Below, one piece after another: positions 1 through 10,286 of a DNA stretch of 64,000 nt; position 1 is the first letter of the stretch, and the number at the start of each line of letters is the position of its first letter. The stretch is from a virus. Its lineage: Duplodnaviria; Caudoviricetes. The notes under the pieces are model-generated. The model made no database searches, was not told where the DNA came from, and was given only the letters and a program-made list of their open reading frames with translations. Position numbers and translations under genes: made by a program. The stretch is taken from the IMG/VR virus record IMGVR_UViG_3300022848_000005; one strand, given 5' to 3'.

Positions 1-89
1 CTGATGTAACGGCCTGGGTAAGCAAATTGGTGCGTATACTTGAAGAAGACCAAGTTGGCATGGAAATATACGACATTAGTCTAGCATAA
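1..89 (+). CDS. 3' end of a hypothetical protein (partial)
   Basis: Open frame from position 3 (DVTAWVSKLVRILEEDQVGMEIYDISLA*) ending TAA at 87-89, overlapping the next ATG (TAATG). Confidence 0.6.
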   Translation, partial: DVTAWVSKLVRILEEDQVGMEIYDISLA

Positions 90-1243
90 TGGACCCTAAA
101 GAATACGTAACAAACAAAGTTAGGTGCCCGATCCCCTGGACCGGCATAATGATCAACCATGACGGACAAGTTAAGAATTGTATTAGAGCATACGAGGATA
201 TAGGTGATTTAAAGACAACTCCCATTCGTGATATTGTATTAGGTAGTAAAAATATAGAGATACAACAGGCACATCAAAACAATAACAAGCACAATAGTTG
301 CCAGGGGTGTCATAAGCTAGAAGAACAAAAAACAGACTTTAATATCATTAGCGACCGCAAGTATTACATTAAAGAAATGCGTAATGTAGACAAAGGCATA
401 TACGATCATAATACACATGAACTACATCAGATAGATGTACGCTGGCAAAATACCTGTAACTTTGCTTGTATATATTGTGGTCCTGAATTTAGTAGTAAGT
501 GGGCACAAGAGGTTAATATACACTTACCAACACCCAGCAAAGAAAACTATGACGACTTGCGTAACTATGTTTTTGACAATGTTAAAAACTTAAAGAACGT
601 ATATCTAGCTGGTGGTGAGCCCATGCTAATGACAGAGAACGAAGAACTGTTAGAGCTACTGCTTAAACACAATCCCGACGTAAATCTACGCATTAACACT
701 AACCTAAGTCATACTAACACACGAGTGTTTGATTTGGTATGTAAGTTTAAAAACGTACACTGGATTGTGAGTGCAGAGACCATGGGAGATGACTATGAGT
801 ACATACGTTATGGTGGTCAATGGGCAACATTCTGTCATAACCTACGTTGGATCAAGGACTTAGACCATAAGATAACATTTAACATGTTGTACTTTGCTCT
901 TAATGCATTTACCGTCTTTTATTTTATTGAAAAGTTTAAAAATGACTGGAACTTTCATCCAAATGCATTTGTAATTGGGCCCGTTTTACAACCTGAAGCA
1001 CTTAACGTTCGGCATCTTCCTAAATTGACATTAGATAGGATTGGTGTTATACTACAAGAGAAGATTAACGAACACCCTGGATATCTATTAGAAGATAGTT
1101 ATAGGAATTTATTGAGGTATATACAAGAGCCGTTTAAAAAAGATCCAAACAGCACTGTAGATTTTTTAAAGGAAATAGACGCTCGTAGAGGCACAGACAG
1201 CGAGCAGGCATTCCCTTACATATATAAACTAATGAGGCAATAA
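89..1243 (+). CDS. Radical SAM protein with N-terminal twitch/SPASM-like module
   Basis: CNFACIYC (CxxxCxxC), GGEP motif, N-terminal CPIPW...DGQVKNC...CQGC. Confidence 0.9.
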   Translation: MDPKEYVTNKVRCPIPWTGIMINHDGQVKNCIRAYEDIGDLKTTPIRDIVLGSKNIEIQQAHQNNNKHNSCQGCHKLEEQKTDFNIISDRKYYIKEMRNVDKGIYDHNTHELHQIDVRWQNTCNFACIYCGPEFSSKWAQEVNIHLPTPSKENYDDLRNYVFDNVKNLKNVYLAGGEPMLMTENEELLELLLKHNPDVNLRINTNLSHTNTRVFDLVCKFKNVHWIVSAETMGDDYEYIRYGGQWATFCHNLRWIKDLDHKITFNMLYFALNAFTVFYFIEKFKNDWNFHPNAFVIGPVLQPEALNVRHLPKLTLDRIGVILQEKINEHPGYLLEDSYRNLLRYIQEPFKKDPNSTVDFLKEIDARRGTDSEQAFPYIYKLMRQ

Positions 1244-1244
1244 C

Positions 1245-2342
1245 ATGGCACAAAAACCCTTTGATGTATCAAAATTTAGAAAAGGCTTAACCAAAAGTAT
1301 TGAAGGTATCAGTTTTGGATTTAATGATCCAACAGATTGGATCAGCACAGGCAACTATGCACTAAACTATCTTATCAGTGGCGACTTTAACAAAGGTGTG
1401 CCACTAGGTAAAGTTACAGTGTTTGCCGGGGAGTCTGGCGCAGGTAAAAGTTATATTTGCGCAGGTAATATTGTAAAAGAAGCACAAGCACAGGGTATCT
1501 TTGTTATCTTAATCGACACTGAAAACGCACTTGATGAGAATTGGTTAAAAGCACTTGACGTTGACACCAGCGCCGACAAACTGCTAAAACTTAACATGGC
1601 CATGGTTGATGATGTTGCTAAAACAGTAAGTGACTTTATGATAGAGTATAAAACACTACCGTCAGATGACAGGCCTAAAGTATTGTTTGTTATTGACAGT
1701 TTGGGTATGTTGTTAACACCTACAGATGTTGACCAGTTTAACAAAGGTGATATGAAGGGTGACATGGGTCGTAAGCCCAAGGCACTAACATCACTAGTAC
1801 GTAACTGTGTAAACATGTTTGGTAACGCTAACGTAGGGCTTGTAGCAACCAACCATACATATGCAAGTCAGGACATGTTTGACCCTGATGACAAAATATC
1901 AGGTGGACAAGGCTTTATCTATGCAAGCAGTATTGTTGTTGCAATGAAGAAGATGAAACTTAAAGAAGACGAAGACGGTAACAAGATATCAGAAGTAAAA
2001 GGTATTAGAGCAGGCTGTAAGATAATGAAGACTCGTTACGCAAAACCATTTGAAGGCATACAAGTTAAAATACCGTATGAAACCGGTATGAATCCATATA
2101 GTGGACTGGTGGACCTGTGTGAGAAAAAGAGTTTATTGGTGAGAGAAGGCAACAGCCTTAAATACACAACTTCAGCAGGTGATGAAATCAAACAGTTCCG
2201 CAAGGCTTGGGAACGCAATGAAGGCGGATGTTTAGATACAATCATGAATGATTGGGACACTAAGGCCCTGGCCCTCACGCACAAAACAACTGATAACGAT
2301 CCGGAAGTAGCAGATGCAAATTCTATTGCAGAAGAAGTATAG
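1245..2342 (+). CDS. uvsX: RecA/UvsX-like recombinase
   Basis: Walker A GESGAGKS, IDTENALD, Walker B VIDSLG, KISGGQG; phage UvsX-type N-terminus. Confidence 0.95.
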   Translation: MAQKPFDVSKFRKGLTKSIEGISFGFNDPTDWISTGNYALNYLISGDFNKGVPLGKVTVFAGESGAGKSYICAGNIVKEAQAQGIFVILIDTENALDENWLKALDVDTSADKLLKLNMAMVDDVAKTVSDFMIEYKTLPSDDRPKVLFVIDSLGMLLTPTDVDQFNKGDMKGDMGRKPKALTSLVRNCVNMFGNANVGLVATNHTYASQDMFDPDDKISGGQGFIYASSIVVAMKKMKLKEDEDGNKISEVKGIRAGCKIMKTRYAKPFEGIQVKIPYETGMNPYSGLVDLCEKKSLLVREGNSLKYTTSAGDEIKQFRKAWERNEGGCLDTIMNDWDTKALALTHKTTDNDPEVADANSIAEEV

Positions 2343-3690
2343 TGAGCTACTAACCCAACCTGTTAATCAAATATACAGAGAACTTAAATCTGTTTACAAG
2401 CATGCGTTTGCAGACAACGAACGCATTCTTTTTATTGATGATGTAGAGGGTACAGATGCTAAGTCTAATTTAGAGTTTTATTTAGATAAACTTCTAGATC
2501 ACCTAGACATTGACAGGTTCTTTATACAAACGGTTAACAGAGGTAGCCAAACTATAGCTAACCCTACTAACTATCACATACCGGACTCAGTGTGCATAAC
2601 ACCCTGGTTAAGTCTGGAAGTGGATGTTGATAGTAAACTGCACCGTTGTTGCTTGTGGGACAGAGAAAAAGGCACTACTTCAGACAGTCTTGTGGAATAT
2701 TTTAAAAGCACAGAACAGGTCCAGTTGAAGCAGGACTTCTTACAGGGTAAACGCCCTGACGCATGCAATAAGTGTTGGCAACTAGAATCAGCAGGTGGTA
2801 CAAGTAAACGGTTAGCAGACAACTATGTGTTTAGGGATCACAAATTTGATATAGACTACAACGACACAACATCTAGTCGGATAGTTAACTTAGACATTAA
2901 GTTAGGTAACAAGTGTAATCTGGCATGCAGGATATGTGGCCCAAGATGCAGTAGTACTTGGTCACGGTTTGCTGATGCCGTTACTGTGGAGTTTAATTGG
3001 TTAGAAAACGAGTCCAGTGCGTTTTGGTCAGACATAATAGATATCAGTGAAGACGTTAAGTACATTACCTTTGCAGGTGGTGAACCGCTACTAGACAAGA
3101 CACATAGAAAACTGTTACAATACTTTATTGACACAGGGTTAAGCGAAGACATTGCACTTCATTACAACACTAACGGTACAGTATTTGCAGATTTTCTCTT
3201 TGATTATTGGGACCAGTTTAAGTCTGTTGAGTTAAGTTTTAGTATAGACGCAGTCGGTAAAAGATTTGAGTATGAACGTTTTGGTATGATCTGGGATAAG
3301 GTACATGCTAATTTACAGCGTTACAGTAAAACGGATTATACATGTAACCTTTACGCTACACTAACAGCTCTTAATGTTATGTACAGTGATGAGATATACG
3401 AATACTCTGAACAGTTAGGTTGTGGTATTACCTATAATTTATTAACAGATCCAGAGGATCTTGCAGTAACAAACTTGCCCGTTAAGACAAAGTTACATAT
3501 TAAAAATAAATTACTAGCGTTAGACATAAATGGATTTAAAGAAAAAATAATACCTGTAATTAGTATGATGGAAACAAAAAGTAGTATAAGTAGTTTACAA
3601 GAATTTTTGTTGCCTCAAGACTTTAAACGAGCTCAGCGTTTTGAGGACTATTACCCTGAGCTACACTCGGAGATAACTAAATGTCAATAG
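2314..3690 (+). CDS. Radical SAM protein with twitch/SPASM-like module preceding the core
   Basis: CNLACRIC, GGEP, CITPW...HRCC...CNKCW. Confidence 0.9.
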   Translation: MQILLQKKYSELLTQPVNQIYRELKSVYKHAFADNERILFIDDVEGTDAKSNLEFYLDKLLDHLDIDRFFIQTVNRGSQTIANPTNYHIPDSVCITPWLSLEVDVDSKLHRCCLWDREKGTTSDSLVEYFKSTEQVQLKQDFLQGKRPDACNKCWQLESAGGTSKRLADNYVFRDHKFDIDYNDTTSSRIVNLDIKLGNKCNLACRICGPRCSSTWSRFADAVTVEFNWLENESSAFWSDIIDISEDVKYITFAGGEPLLDKTHRKLLQYFIDTGLSEDIALHYNTNGTVFADFLFDYWDQFKSVELSFSIDAVGKRFEYERFGMIWDKVHANLQRYSKTDYTCNLYATLTALNVMYSDEIYEYSEQLGCGITYNLLTDPEDLAVTNLPVKTKLHIKNKLLALDINGFKEKIIPVISMMETKSSISSLQEFLLPQDFKRAQRFEDYYPELHSEITKCQ

Positions 3691-3929
3691 AATTAGACGT
3701 ATTAACAGAAACATATTTGATCCTTAAAGAATATGTGCCTGCTAAGGATAGACAAGCGGCGGCAGATCAATTGTTAGGTAACTTAGTGGATATGGAAATG
3801 GCAGACGAAGAATTTGAAAAATTTTGTGGTACTGATTCTTATTTAAAAAATGCATCGGAGGATTATCTTAATGATGATACAGACGACGACGACGACAACA
3901 ATTTTGACGAATCTGACTCTGACACATAA
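3681..3929 (+). CDS. Small acidic hypothetical protein
   Basis: 82-aa ORF coupled to both neighbours; Asp-rich tail. Confidence 0.7.
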   Translation: MSIELDVLTETYLILKEYVPAKDRQAAADQLLGNLVDMEMADEEFEKFCGTDSYLKNASEDYLNDDTDDDDDNNFDESDSDT

Positions 3930-4381
3930 TGTGGTATAATAAAGTAGTACAGGATCTTTCCTTTATTCCAGACTGTATCAACCACTACTACACTGAGCTG
4001 GAGGATGCCAAGAAAGAAGTTAGAATATGGGGCAATATTGAAAAGTCCTTGACCAACTTACCTGGTATTACTGAGCATAGATTTAATCAACTGCAGGAAA
4101 TAGAAGCAGTATTAAACTATCTAAACATACAACTTCGTAAGATTCGACGTAAATGGTTTAAGAAATATCTAGAAGGATATCAGCGAGCACTTAGTGCTAG
4201 AGATGCAGAAAAGTATGTTGATGGCGAAGACGAAGTCATTGACTTTGAAACCTTAATTAACGAAGTAGCATTGTTGCGCAACAAGTGGTTGGGTATTATG
4301 AAAGGTTTAGAAACCAAGCAATGGCAACTAGGTCATATAACTAGACTGAGAACAGCAGGAATGGAGGACGTATCATTATGA
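3929..4381 (+). CDS. uvsY: UvsY-like recombination mediator
   Basis: Helical 150-aa protein with SARDAEKYVDGEDEV and KGLETKQWQLGHI resembling UvsY; close to uvsX. Confidence 0.8.
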   Translation: MWYNKVVQDLSFIPDCINHYYTELEDAKKEVRIWGNIEKSLTNLPGITEHRFNQLQEIEAVLNYLNIQLRKIRRKWFKKYLEGYQRALSARDAEKYVDGEDEVIDFETLINEVALLRNKWLGIMKGLETKQWQLGHITRLRTAGMEDVSL

Positions 4382-5133
4382 ACCAGTTCACTCCAGAAGA
4401 GAGTCACCAACAAAGTTTATTCACGCTACACGAACTACAACAACACGACGATTTATTGGACAGTATTAAGAGTATTGCAGACGTTGGATGTGGCACTGGG
4501 TTAGATATCAAGTGGTGGGCAGAGAATCATAACCGTGAAGAGGACCAAACGCCACGAAATATCAAGTGTTATGCTGTAGATCTAGCACCCAAACTTAACT
4601 ACGATATTCCCAAGAACTTACATGTTATAGAAAACGATTTTACTAAGGAACCATTCTTGCCTGTAAAGGTGGATATGATATGGAGTCATAACAGTTTAGG
4701 ACATGCCATTAATCCATACGAAACACTAGCAGTCTGGAATAGACAAATGAATGCAGGCGGTATAATCTGTGTTATCCTACCGCAAATGCACAACGTCGAA
4801 TATAACAGAGTACACTGCCACCACTTTCCAGGATATTTTTACAATTTTAATATAATTAATTTAGTTTATATGCTGGCATGTGCTGGATTCGACTGTAAGG
4901 ATGGATTGTTCTATAAAGCAAAAAATGACCCCTGGTTACACGCTATTGCATACAAGTCTAAATACACGCCTATGGATCCACTTACTACCTCTTGGCATGA
5001 TTTAAGCGAACGGGAGTTACTGCCAGACAGTTTTAACGAGAGTTTACAGCGTACCAATACCATTACAAATCAGCCGCATCTAATACTACGATGGGCTAAT
5101 GGTTCAAAATTTGATTTAGCAAATACTGCCTAA
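4378..5133 (+). CDS. Class I SAM-dependent methyltransferase
   Basis: IADVGCGTGLD motif I; VDMIWSHNSL. Confidence 0.8.
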   Translation: MNQFTPEESHQQSLFTLHELQQHDDLLDSIKSIADVGCGTGLDIKWWAENHNREEDQTPRNIKCYAVDLAPKLNYDIPKNLHVIENDFTKEPFLPVKVDMIWSHNSLGHAINPYETLAVWNRQMNAGGIICVILPQMHNVEYNRVHCHHFPGYFYNFNIINLVYMLACAGFDCKDGLFYKAKNDPWLHAIAYKSKYTPMDPLTTSWHDLSERELLPDSFNESLQRTNTITNQPHLILRWANGSKFDLANTA

Positions 5134-5962
5134 TCCTACACCAAGGTTCTCCCTCGTGTATTTCATCAATAAACCATTCTGTGTTTAGTATTCTATTAAA
5201 CCAGTCTTGTCTGACAGAATCCAACGGCGTAACTAGACTATAGTCTGTACTGGCAACTGTACTGGCAAGGCTCTCAGGTTCTACCATAGCAGGAACCCCA
5301 TTGATAATTGCTTCCACTGCTGACCCACCGGTTGGACTAATAACACAGTAAGCATCATCTAATATATCTAAAAAATCAGTATCGTCCGATGTGCCTTTTT
5401 TATTTGCGACACCTACTTCATACTTGCTGTGTATGCTTCTGTGAATAGTATACCTTGGGTGTGGTCTGACAACAATTTGCTTGCCAGGACACGACAACTT
5501 TATTTTATCGACAATCTGTTCTAACCAGACCTCAGTAACAGGCATGTTTCTCCACAACTGGCTATATTGATTTTGACAGCACACAACAACTTTGTTTCCT
5601 TGACCTTGGAAATCTTTTAGAACTAGATTAAATCGTTCTGATCTGCCTGGAATAATGTCATGATCCAAGTGACCATAGTAGCCTGTATTATCGATGTGGT
5701 TAACACTGATTCGCCAGGATTGATTACGTCGAAGTACACCTACTTCTATGATAACAACTGGTTTGTTCTGTTTCCTATAATGGTCATATACTTTTTGATT
5801 TGCTCGCATACGTCCGTCCCAGAGCACACTCCATATTACGGCGGCATCAGCGTCCATGTCATCATGTGTTACTTGGTCCGTTTTTAATACGGTGTGCTCG
5901 AATGCCTTATAAATATCTTGACCAGCAAGCGCAACATTGTTGTGCCAAAAACTAATTTTCAT
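5096..5962 (-). CDS. GT-B/KpsS-like capsule polysaccharide biosynthesis family protein
   Basis: IVVRPHP and GGSAVEAIINGVP motifs shared with the ORFs at 7449 and 8233. Confidence 0.6.
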   Translation of the reverse strand: MKISFWHNNVALAGQDIYKAFEHTVLKTDQVTHDDMDADAAVIWSVLWDGRMRANQKVYDHYRKQNKPVVIIEVGVLRRNQSWRISVNHIDNTGYYGHLDHDIIPGRSERFNLVLKDFQGQGNKVVVCCQNQYSQLWRNMPVTEVWLEQIVDKIKLSCPGKQIVVRPHPRYTIHRSIHSKYEVGVANKKGTSDDTDFLDILDDAYCVISPTGGSAVEAIINGVPAMVEPESLASTVASTDYSLVTPLDSVRQDWFNRILNTEWFIDEIHEGEPWCRIRQYLLNQILNH

Positions 5963-5968
5963 AACACA

Positions 5969-5974
5969 TATTTA
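5969..5974 (-). promoter_or_regulatory. T4-type late promoter core TAAATA, 6 nt upstream of ATG (leaderless)
   Basis: TATTTA on + strand; ATG of the minus-strand gene at 5962. Confidence 0.5.
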
Positions 5975-5976
5975 AT

Positions 5977-7452
5977 ATGATACTAGGCGTAAGTTACGGT
6001 TTCCACGATGCAGGAGTAACACTAATCGACGGAAACGAAATTCTATTTGCAGGACATGCAGAGCGTTACAGCAAGAATAAGCACGACGCCAAGCTCAACA
6101 AAGCAATATTTCAGGAAGCCTTTCGGTATGGTGAACCTAATAGAATTATCTATTACGAAAACCCCTGGAATAAAAAACTACGACAAGCATTTGCAGGACA
6201 ATGGCAGGATGCTTTACAGTGGCCCAGTGTAAAGAAAGAACTACAACACCTAACAGGACTTAACAACTGCCCTATATACTATGCTGATCATCATGAAGCA
6301 CACGCCGCCGCAGGCTTCGCTACAAGCCCATTTGAGAGTGCCGCAGTTGTGGTAGTAGATGCTATTGGTGAGTGGGACACAATGAGTATATGGCAGGCTT
6401 ATATGGAAGGAGACTCAGTTCAATATGAAAAACTTTGGTCAAACACATATCCGCACAGTATTGGGCTTATGTACTCTGCATTTACACAACGTCTGGGCCT
6501 TAGACCTCTAGATGAGGAATATATCCTAATGGGTATGAGTGCGTATGGTGACGGATCGTTATTAAGTAGTACTATCAAGAGTGACCTAATAAGTGACCTT
6601 AGGCAGTTAAAATTTAGCAAAAACTTGCACTTGGGTATAGAAAAAGACTACTTAAAAGACTCTAAAGACGTCGATATTGCCGCAGGTGTACAAATAGTAA
6701 CGGAACAACTGTTAGATACTATATTTCATAAAGCATGGGATATAACTGGTGAACGCAATGTTGTGTTTATGGGCGGAGTGGCACTTAATTGTGTAGCCAA
6801 CCGAAACATTGGCAAATATTTTGAAAACATTTGGGTTATGCCTAATCCTGGAGATGCTGGTAGTAGTTTAGGAGCCGCCGCAGTATTAGATGGTGGTAAA
6901 TTAAACTGGAAGCATTCTTATTTAGGCACTGATATACCTGGTGAGTACCCTGTACGGCGTCTAGTAAACTATCTTAAAAAGAATAAGATTGCAGGCGTAG
7001 CAAGTGGTAGAGCAGAGTTTGGTCCTAGAGCATTAGGTCACCGCAGTTTATTAGCAGACCCACGTGGTGCAGAAATTAAAGATGCTGTAAACAAGATTAA
7101 AAAGCGACAACTATTCAGACCATTCGCTCCTGCCATACTTGCTGAACACGTTAACGACTATTTTAAAATGCCCATGTCATGGCATGATAGTCCCTACATG
7201 CAAGTAGTTGCTCGGTGTAAAAAGCCCACAGAGTTTCCTGCTATTGTGCATGTAGACGGAACTAGTCGTGTGCAAACAGTTAGCAAAGATGATAGTCCAG
7301 GATTTAGACAACTACTTGAGACATGGTATAAAGAAACAGGTTGCCCTATGTTGTTAAACACCAGTTTAAACATTAGGGGAGAGCCTATGGTAGATGATCG
7401 TAAAGATGCAGATAGGTTTGAGGAGAAGTACGGAGTTAAAGTCTTCTCATGA
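5977..7452 (+). CDS. Carbamoyltransferase (NodU/CmcH/TobZ family)
   Basis: GFHDAG, HHEAHAAAGF, DAIGEWDT, GGVALNCVAN, EFGPRALGHRS, RPFAP, LLNTSLN. Confidence 0.95.
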   Translation: MILGVSYGFHDAGVTLIDGNEILFAGHAERYSKNKHDAKLNKAIFQEAFRYGEPNRIIYYENPWNKKLRQAFAGQWQDALQWPSVKKELQHLTGLNNCPIYYADHHEAHAAAGFATSPFESAAVVVVDAIGEWDTMSIWQAYMEGDSVQYEKLWSNTYPHSIGLMYSAFTQRLGLRPLDEEYILMGMSAYGDGSLLSSTIKSDLISDLRQLKFSKNLHLGIEKDYLKDSKDVDIAAGVQIVTEQLLDTIFHKAWDITGERNVVFMGGVALNCVANRNIGKYFENIWVMPNPGDAGSSLGAAAVLDGGKLNWKHSYLGTDIPGEYPVRRLVNYLKKNKIAGVASGRAEFGPRALGHRSLLADPRGAEIKDAVNKIKKRQLFRPFAPAILAEHVNDYFKMPMSWHDSPYMQVVARCKKPTEFPAIVHVDGTSRVQTVSKDDSPGFRQLLETWYKETGCPMLLNTSLNIRGEPMVDDRKDADRFEEKYGVKVFS

Positions 7453-8261
7453 ACTTGTATTGCCCAGGGCATAAGGTAGACAGCAAAGCCTACAGTGTAA
7501 TGAATCCACTACATGAATGTTACGGCTTTAGAAAAATTTTAGACCACACATGGGATCAAACAGGTCCCAGTTTCTTTTGGGGGTTTGTGGGCAAGAACTT
7601 TCAATTGGTTAAAGACCATCAGCAACTTGGTATAGACTGGTACTTTACAGACATGCCCTATTGGGGTAGATGGAACGGATTAAAAGAAGCACTTGACCCC
7701 TCACAGGATTTTTACTGGCGTGTTGTGCCCAACGCAACACATTGTAATTGGATAGGTGACTATCCCAATGATAGGTTTAAACGATTAGGAGTAACAGTAT
7801 ATGATTGGCAAACTAGTGGTGATCACATTTTGGTGTGTCCTAGCAGTTCTACTATGGAACGTTTTGTAGACCAAACAGGTTGGTTAGAACGCACAATACA
7901 AACTCTTCGTAAGTTTACAGATAGACCAATAAAAGTAAGACACAAGCCCAGAGGTAAAGGCACAAGCGGACCAGCCGCCGCTTTAATACCGTTTGCAGAA
8001 GAAGCACGTAATGCTCACGCTGTTGTAACAACTTTAAGTATGGCTGCCGTAGAAGCCGCCTGTTTAGGTATACCTGTATTCTGTCACGAACAAGGTCCTG
8101 CAAAACCAATAGCATTAACAGACTTAAGTAAAATAGAATCTCCCGTCAGACCTGATCGCACACCCTGGTTAAATACACTAAGCTATTTTCAATTTACAGA
8201 ACAAGAGTTACGTCAAGGCATAGACAAGATCAATGATAATATCGTTTTTACCAAAAAATAA
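7449..8261 (+). CDS. GT-B/KpsS-like family protein
   Basis: IKVRHKP and SMAAVEAACLGIP motifs. Confidence 0.6.
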   Translation: MNLYCPGHKVDSKAYSVMNPLHECYGFRKILDHTWDQTGPSFFWGFVGKNFQLVKDHQQLGIDWYFTDMPYWGRWNGLKEALDPSQDFYWRVVPNATHCNWIGDYPNDRFKRLGVTVYDWQTSGDHILVCPSSSTMERFVDQTGWLERTIQTLRKFTDRPIKVRHKPRGKGTSGPAAALIPFAEEARNAHAVVTTLSMAAVEAACLGIPVFCHEQGPAKPIALTDLSKIESPVRPDRTPWLNTLSYFQFTEQELRQGIDKINDNIVFTKK

Positions 8262-9090
8262 ACCTAGCAGCCTGGAGCTCATAGTACATGATTTTACCAA
8301 AGGGACACAGGGTAAAGTATTGCCTATATCTTGGTGGATTACAAACAAACGATTTCCTAGTGATACAACTAGAGTAGTCACAGCAGGTATACTAAGAGGT
8401 GGCGGAGACCTACTTAAAAAATTAAACACAACAAATATGCCGTACTATTATATAGATCATGCATATTTTAAGGCAGAGAGAGGTAGACCACCTGGGTGGA
8501 TGAAATGGATGCGAGTAACTGCAAATGGTTTTAACTGTACTAAGATAACAGATACAGATAGTACAAAATTTAATAAACTTTTTGATAGCACGTTTCAACT
8601 TAGTCCCTGGCGTAAAGATGGACAAACAATATTAATATTACCTCCGACTGATCCTGTAAAGTATGTGTTTGGATGCCATGGCTGGTTAGACAGTGTATTG
8701 ACAGCATTGCAAGGTAAAACATCTAGACAAATTGTAATAAGAACAAAGCCTGGCGAAGTATTGGTTGACGACACCGGAAAAGAAACAGGACGCACACCTT
8801 TCGATCCTGCACAACTTCCTTTAGATGCAGAACTAAGCAGAGCTCATTGTGTCATAGCCTATAATAGCTCAGTAACAATACAAGCCGCTATAAAGGGTAT
8901 ACCAGTAATATGTAGCGAACAGTGTTCAGCATACCCTATCAGTAATAACATGTCAGACATAGAGGATCTATTAGAATTTGATCGTTTGCCTTGGCTATAT
9001 AATCTATGCAACCACCAATTTGAAACACAAGAACTGCTAAGTGGTGACGCATATAGATACTTAGAAGCAGAAGAGGAACACAATGTATAA
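8233..9090 (+). CDS. GT-B/KpsS-like family protein
   Basis: YYYIDHAYF, IVIRTKP, NSSVTIQAAIKGIP motifs. Confidence 0.6.
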   Translation: MIISFLPKNKPSSLELIVHDFTKGTQGKVLPISWWITNKRFPSDTTRVVTAGILRGGGDLLKKLNTTNMPYYYIDHAYFKAERGRPPGWMKWMRVTANGFNCTKITDTDSTKFNKLFDSTFQLSPWRKDGQTILILPPTDPVKYVFGCHGWLDSVLTALQGKTSRQIVIRTKPGEVLVDDTGKETGRTPFDPAQLPLDAELSRAHCVIAYNSSVTIQAAIKGIPVICSEQCSAYPISNNMSDIEDLLEFDRLPWLYNLCNHQFETQELLSGDAYRYLEAEEEHNV

Positions 9091-9128
9091 TTATAAAGAT
9101 AACGGATTAGTACTTAAACGGAGATAAT

Positions 9129-10286
9129 ATGAGATATCCATTAGCTTGTAGTACTTGGGATAATAAAGAACTAGAAGCAATTCAAGAAGTAATTAATACG
9201 GGTCGTTATACTATGGGTGCTCGTGTTAAACAATTTGAAAAAGAGTTTTGCGACTACTTTAAATGTGCCGACGCCGTGATGGTAAACAGCGGATCAACAG
9301 CAAATCTATTAATGTTGGCGTTATTGGCATTAAAGTACAATTTAAAAGGTGATATAATTGTGCCTGTGGTTAGTTGGTCAACAACATATTATCCATTACA
9401 ACAATATGGTTTCAAATTAAATTTTGTAGATATTGATAAAGATACGTTAAACATTGATCCTAGTAAAATAGAAAAAGCGATAACTAAAGATACTTGTGCT
9501 ATTTTTGCTGTTAATCTGTTAGGCAATTCTTGTGAGTATAAAAAACTTAATGAACTTGCAGAAAAACATAATTTATTATTGATAGAAGATAACTGTGAAA
9601 GTTTAGGTGCAATATCAGATACAGACGCTTACACCGGTACGATTGGTCTTATGGGCAGTTTTTCATTTTTCTTTAGTCATCATTTGCAAACTATGGAAGG
9701 TGGTATGATTGCTTGTCAAAGTAAAGATGACGCAGATTTCATTAGATCATTGAGAGCGCACGGCTGGTGTAGAGATTTACCAGACGATAGTAATATTTAC
9801 AAAAAAACAGGTGACAACTTTAAAGATAGTTTTACTTTTATTACACCAGGGTATAGTGTTAGACCATTAGAGATGAGTGGGGCAATAGGTAGTGTACAAC
9901 TTAAAAAATGGCCTGATATGAGAGAACAACGAGTTAAGAATGCAGATTACTTTAAAGAGAAGTTTAACGATTTTAAAGACGTTCAAATACAAAAAGAAGT
10001 AGGTAATTCTAGTTGGTTTGGATTCTCTATGGTGTTCAATGGAAATTTAACAGGTAAAAGAGATATCATTGTACAAAAATTCAAAGAAAACGAAATAGAG
10101 AGTAGACCAATTGTTGCAGGTAACTTTATGAAAAATCCTGTAATAGAATACCTTAACTATATAGATAATAAAGATTACACCGTTGCTGATTATATACACG
10201 ATAATGGATTGTTTATAGGTAATGATGTGAGAGATTTAACAGAAAATATTGATTTAGTTTACAATATAATAAAGGATATAAAATGA
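9129..10286 (+). CDS. colD: DegT/DnrJ-fold enzyme of ColD type (GDP-4-keto-6-deoxymannose 3-dehydratase)
   Basis: MVNSGSTANL, IEDNCESLG, and SFFFSHHLQTMEGG with His at the usual Schiff-base Lys position; adjacent to gmd. Confidence 0.8.
   Translation: MRYPLACSTWDNKELEAIQEVINTGRYTMGARVKQFEKEFCDYFKCADAVMVNSGSTANLLMLALLALKYNLKGDIIVPVVSWSTTYYPLQQYGFKLNFVDIDKDTLNIDPSKIEKAITKDTCAIFAVNLLGNSCEYKKLNELAEKHNLLLIEDNCESLGAISDTDAYTGTIGLMGSFSFFFSHHLQTMEGGMIACQSKDDADFIRSLRAHGWCRDLPDDSNIYKKTGDNFKDSFTFITPGYSVRPLEMSGAIGSVQLKKWPDMREQRVKNADYFKEKFNDFKDVQIQKEVGNSSWFGFSMVFNGNLTGKRDIIVQKFKENEIESRPIVAGNFMKNPVIEYLNYIDNKDYTVADYIHDNGLFIGNDVRDLTENIDLVYNIIKDIK

Noticed and set aside
3876-3900. GAC trinucleotide run
   Set aside because: It simply encodes a poly-Asp tail in a small acidic protein.
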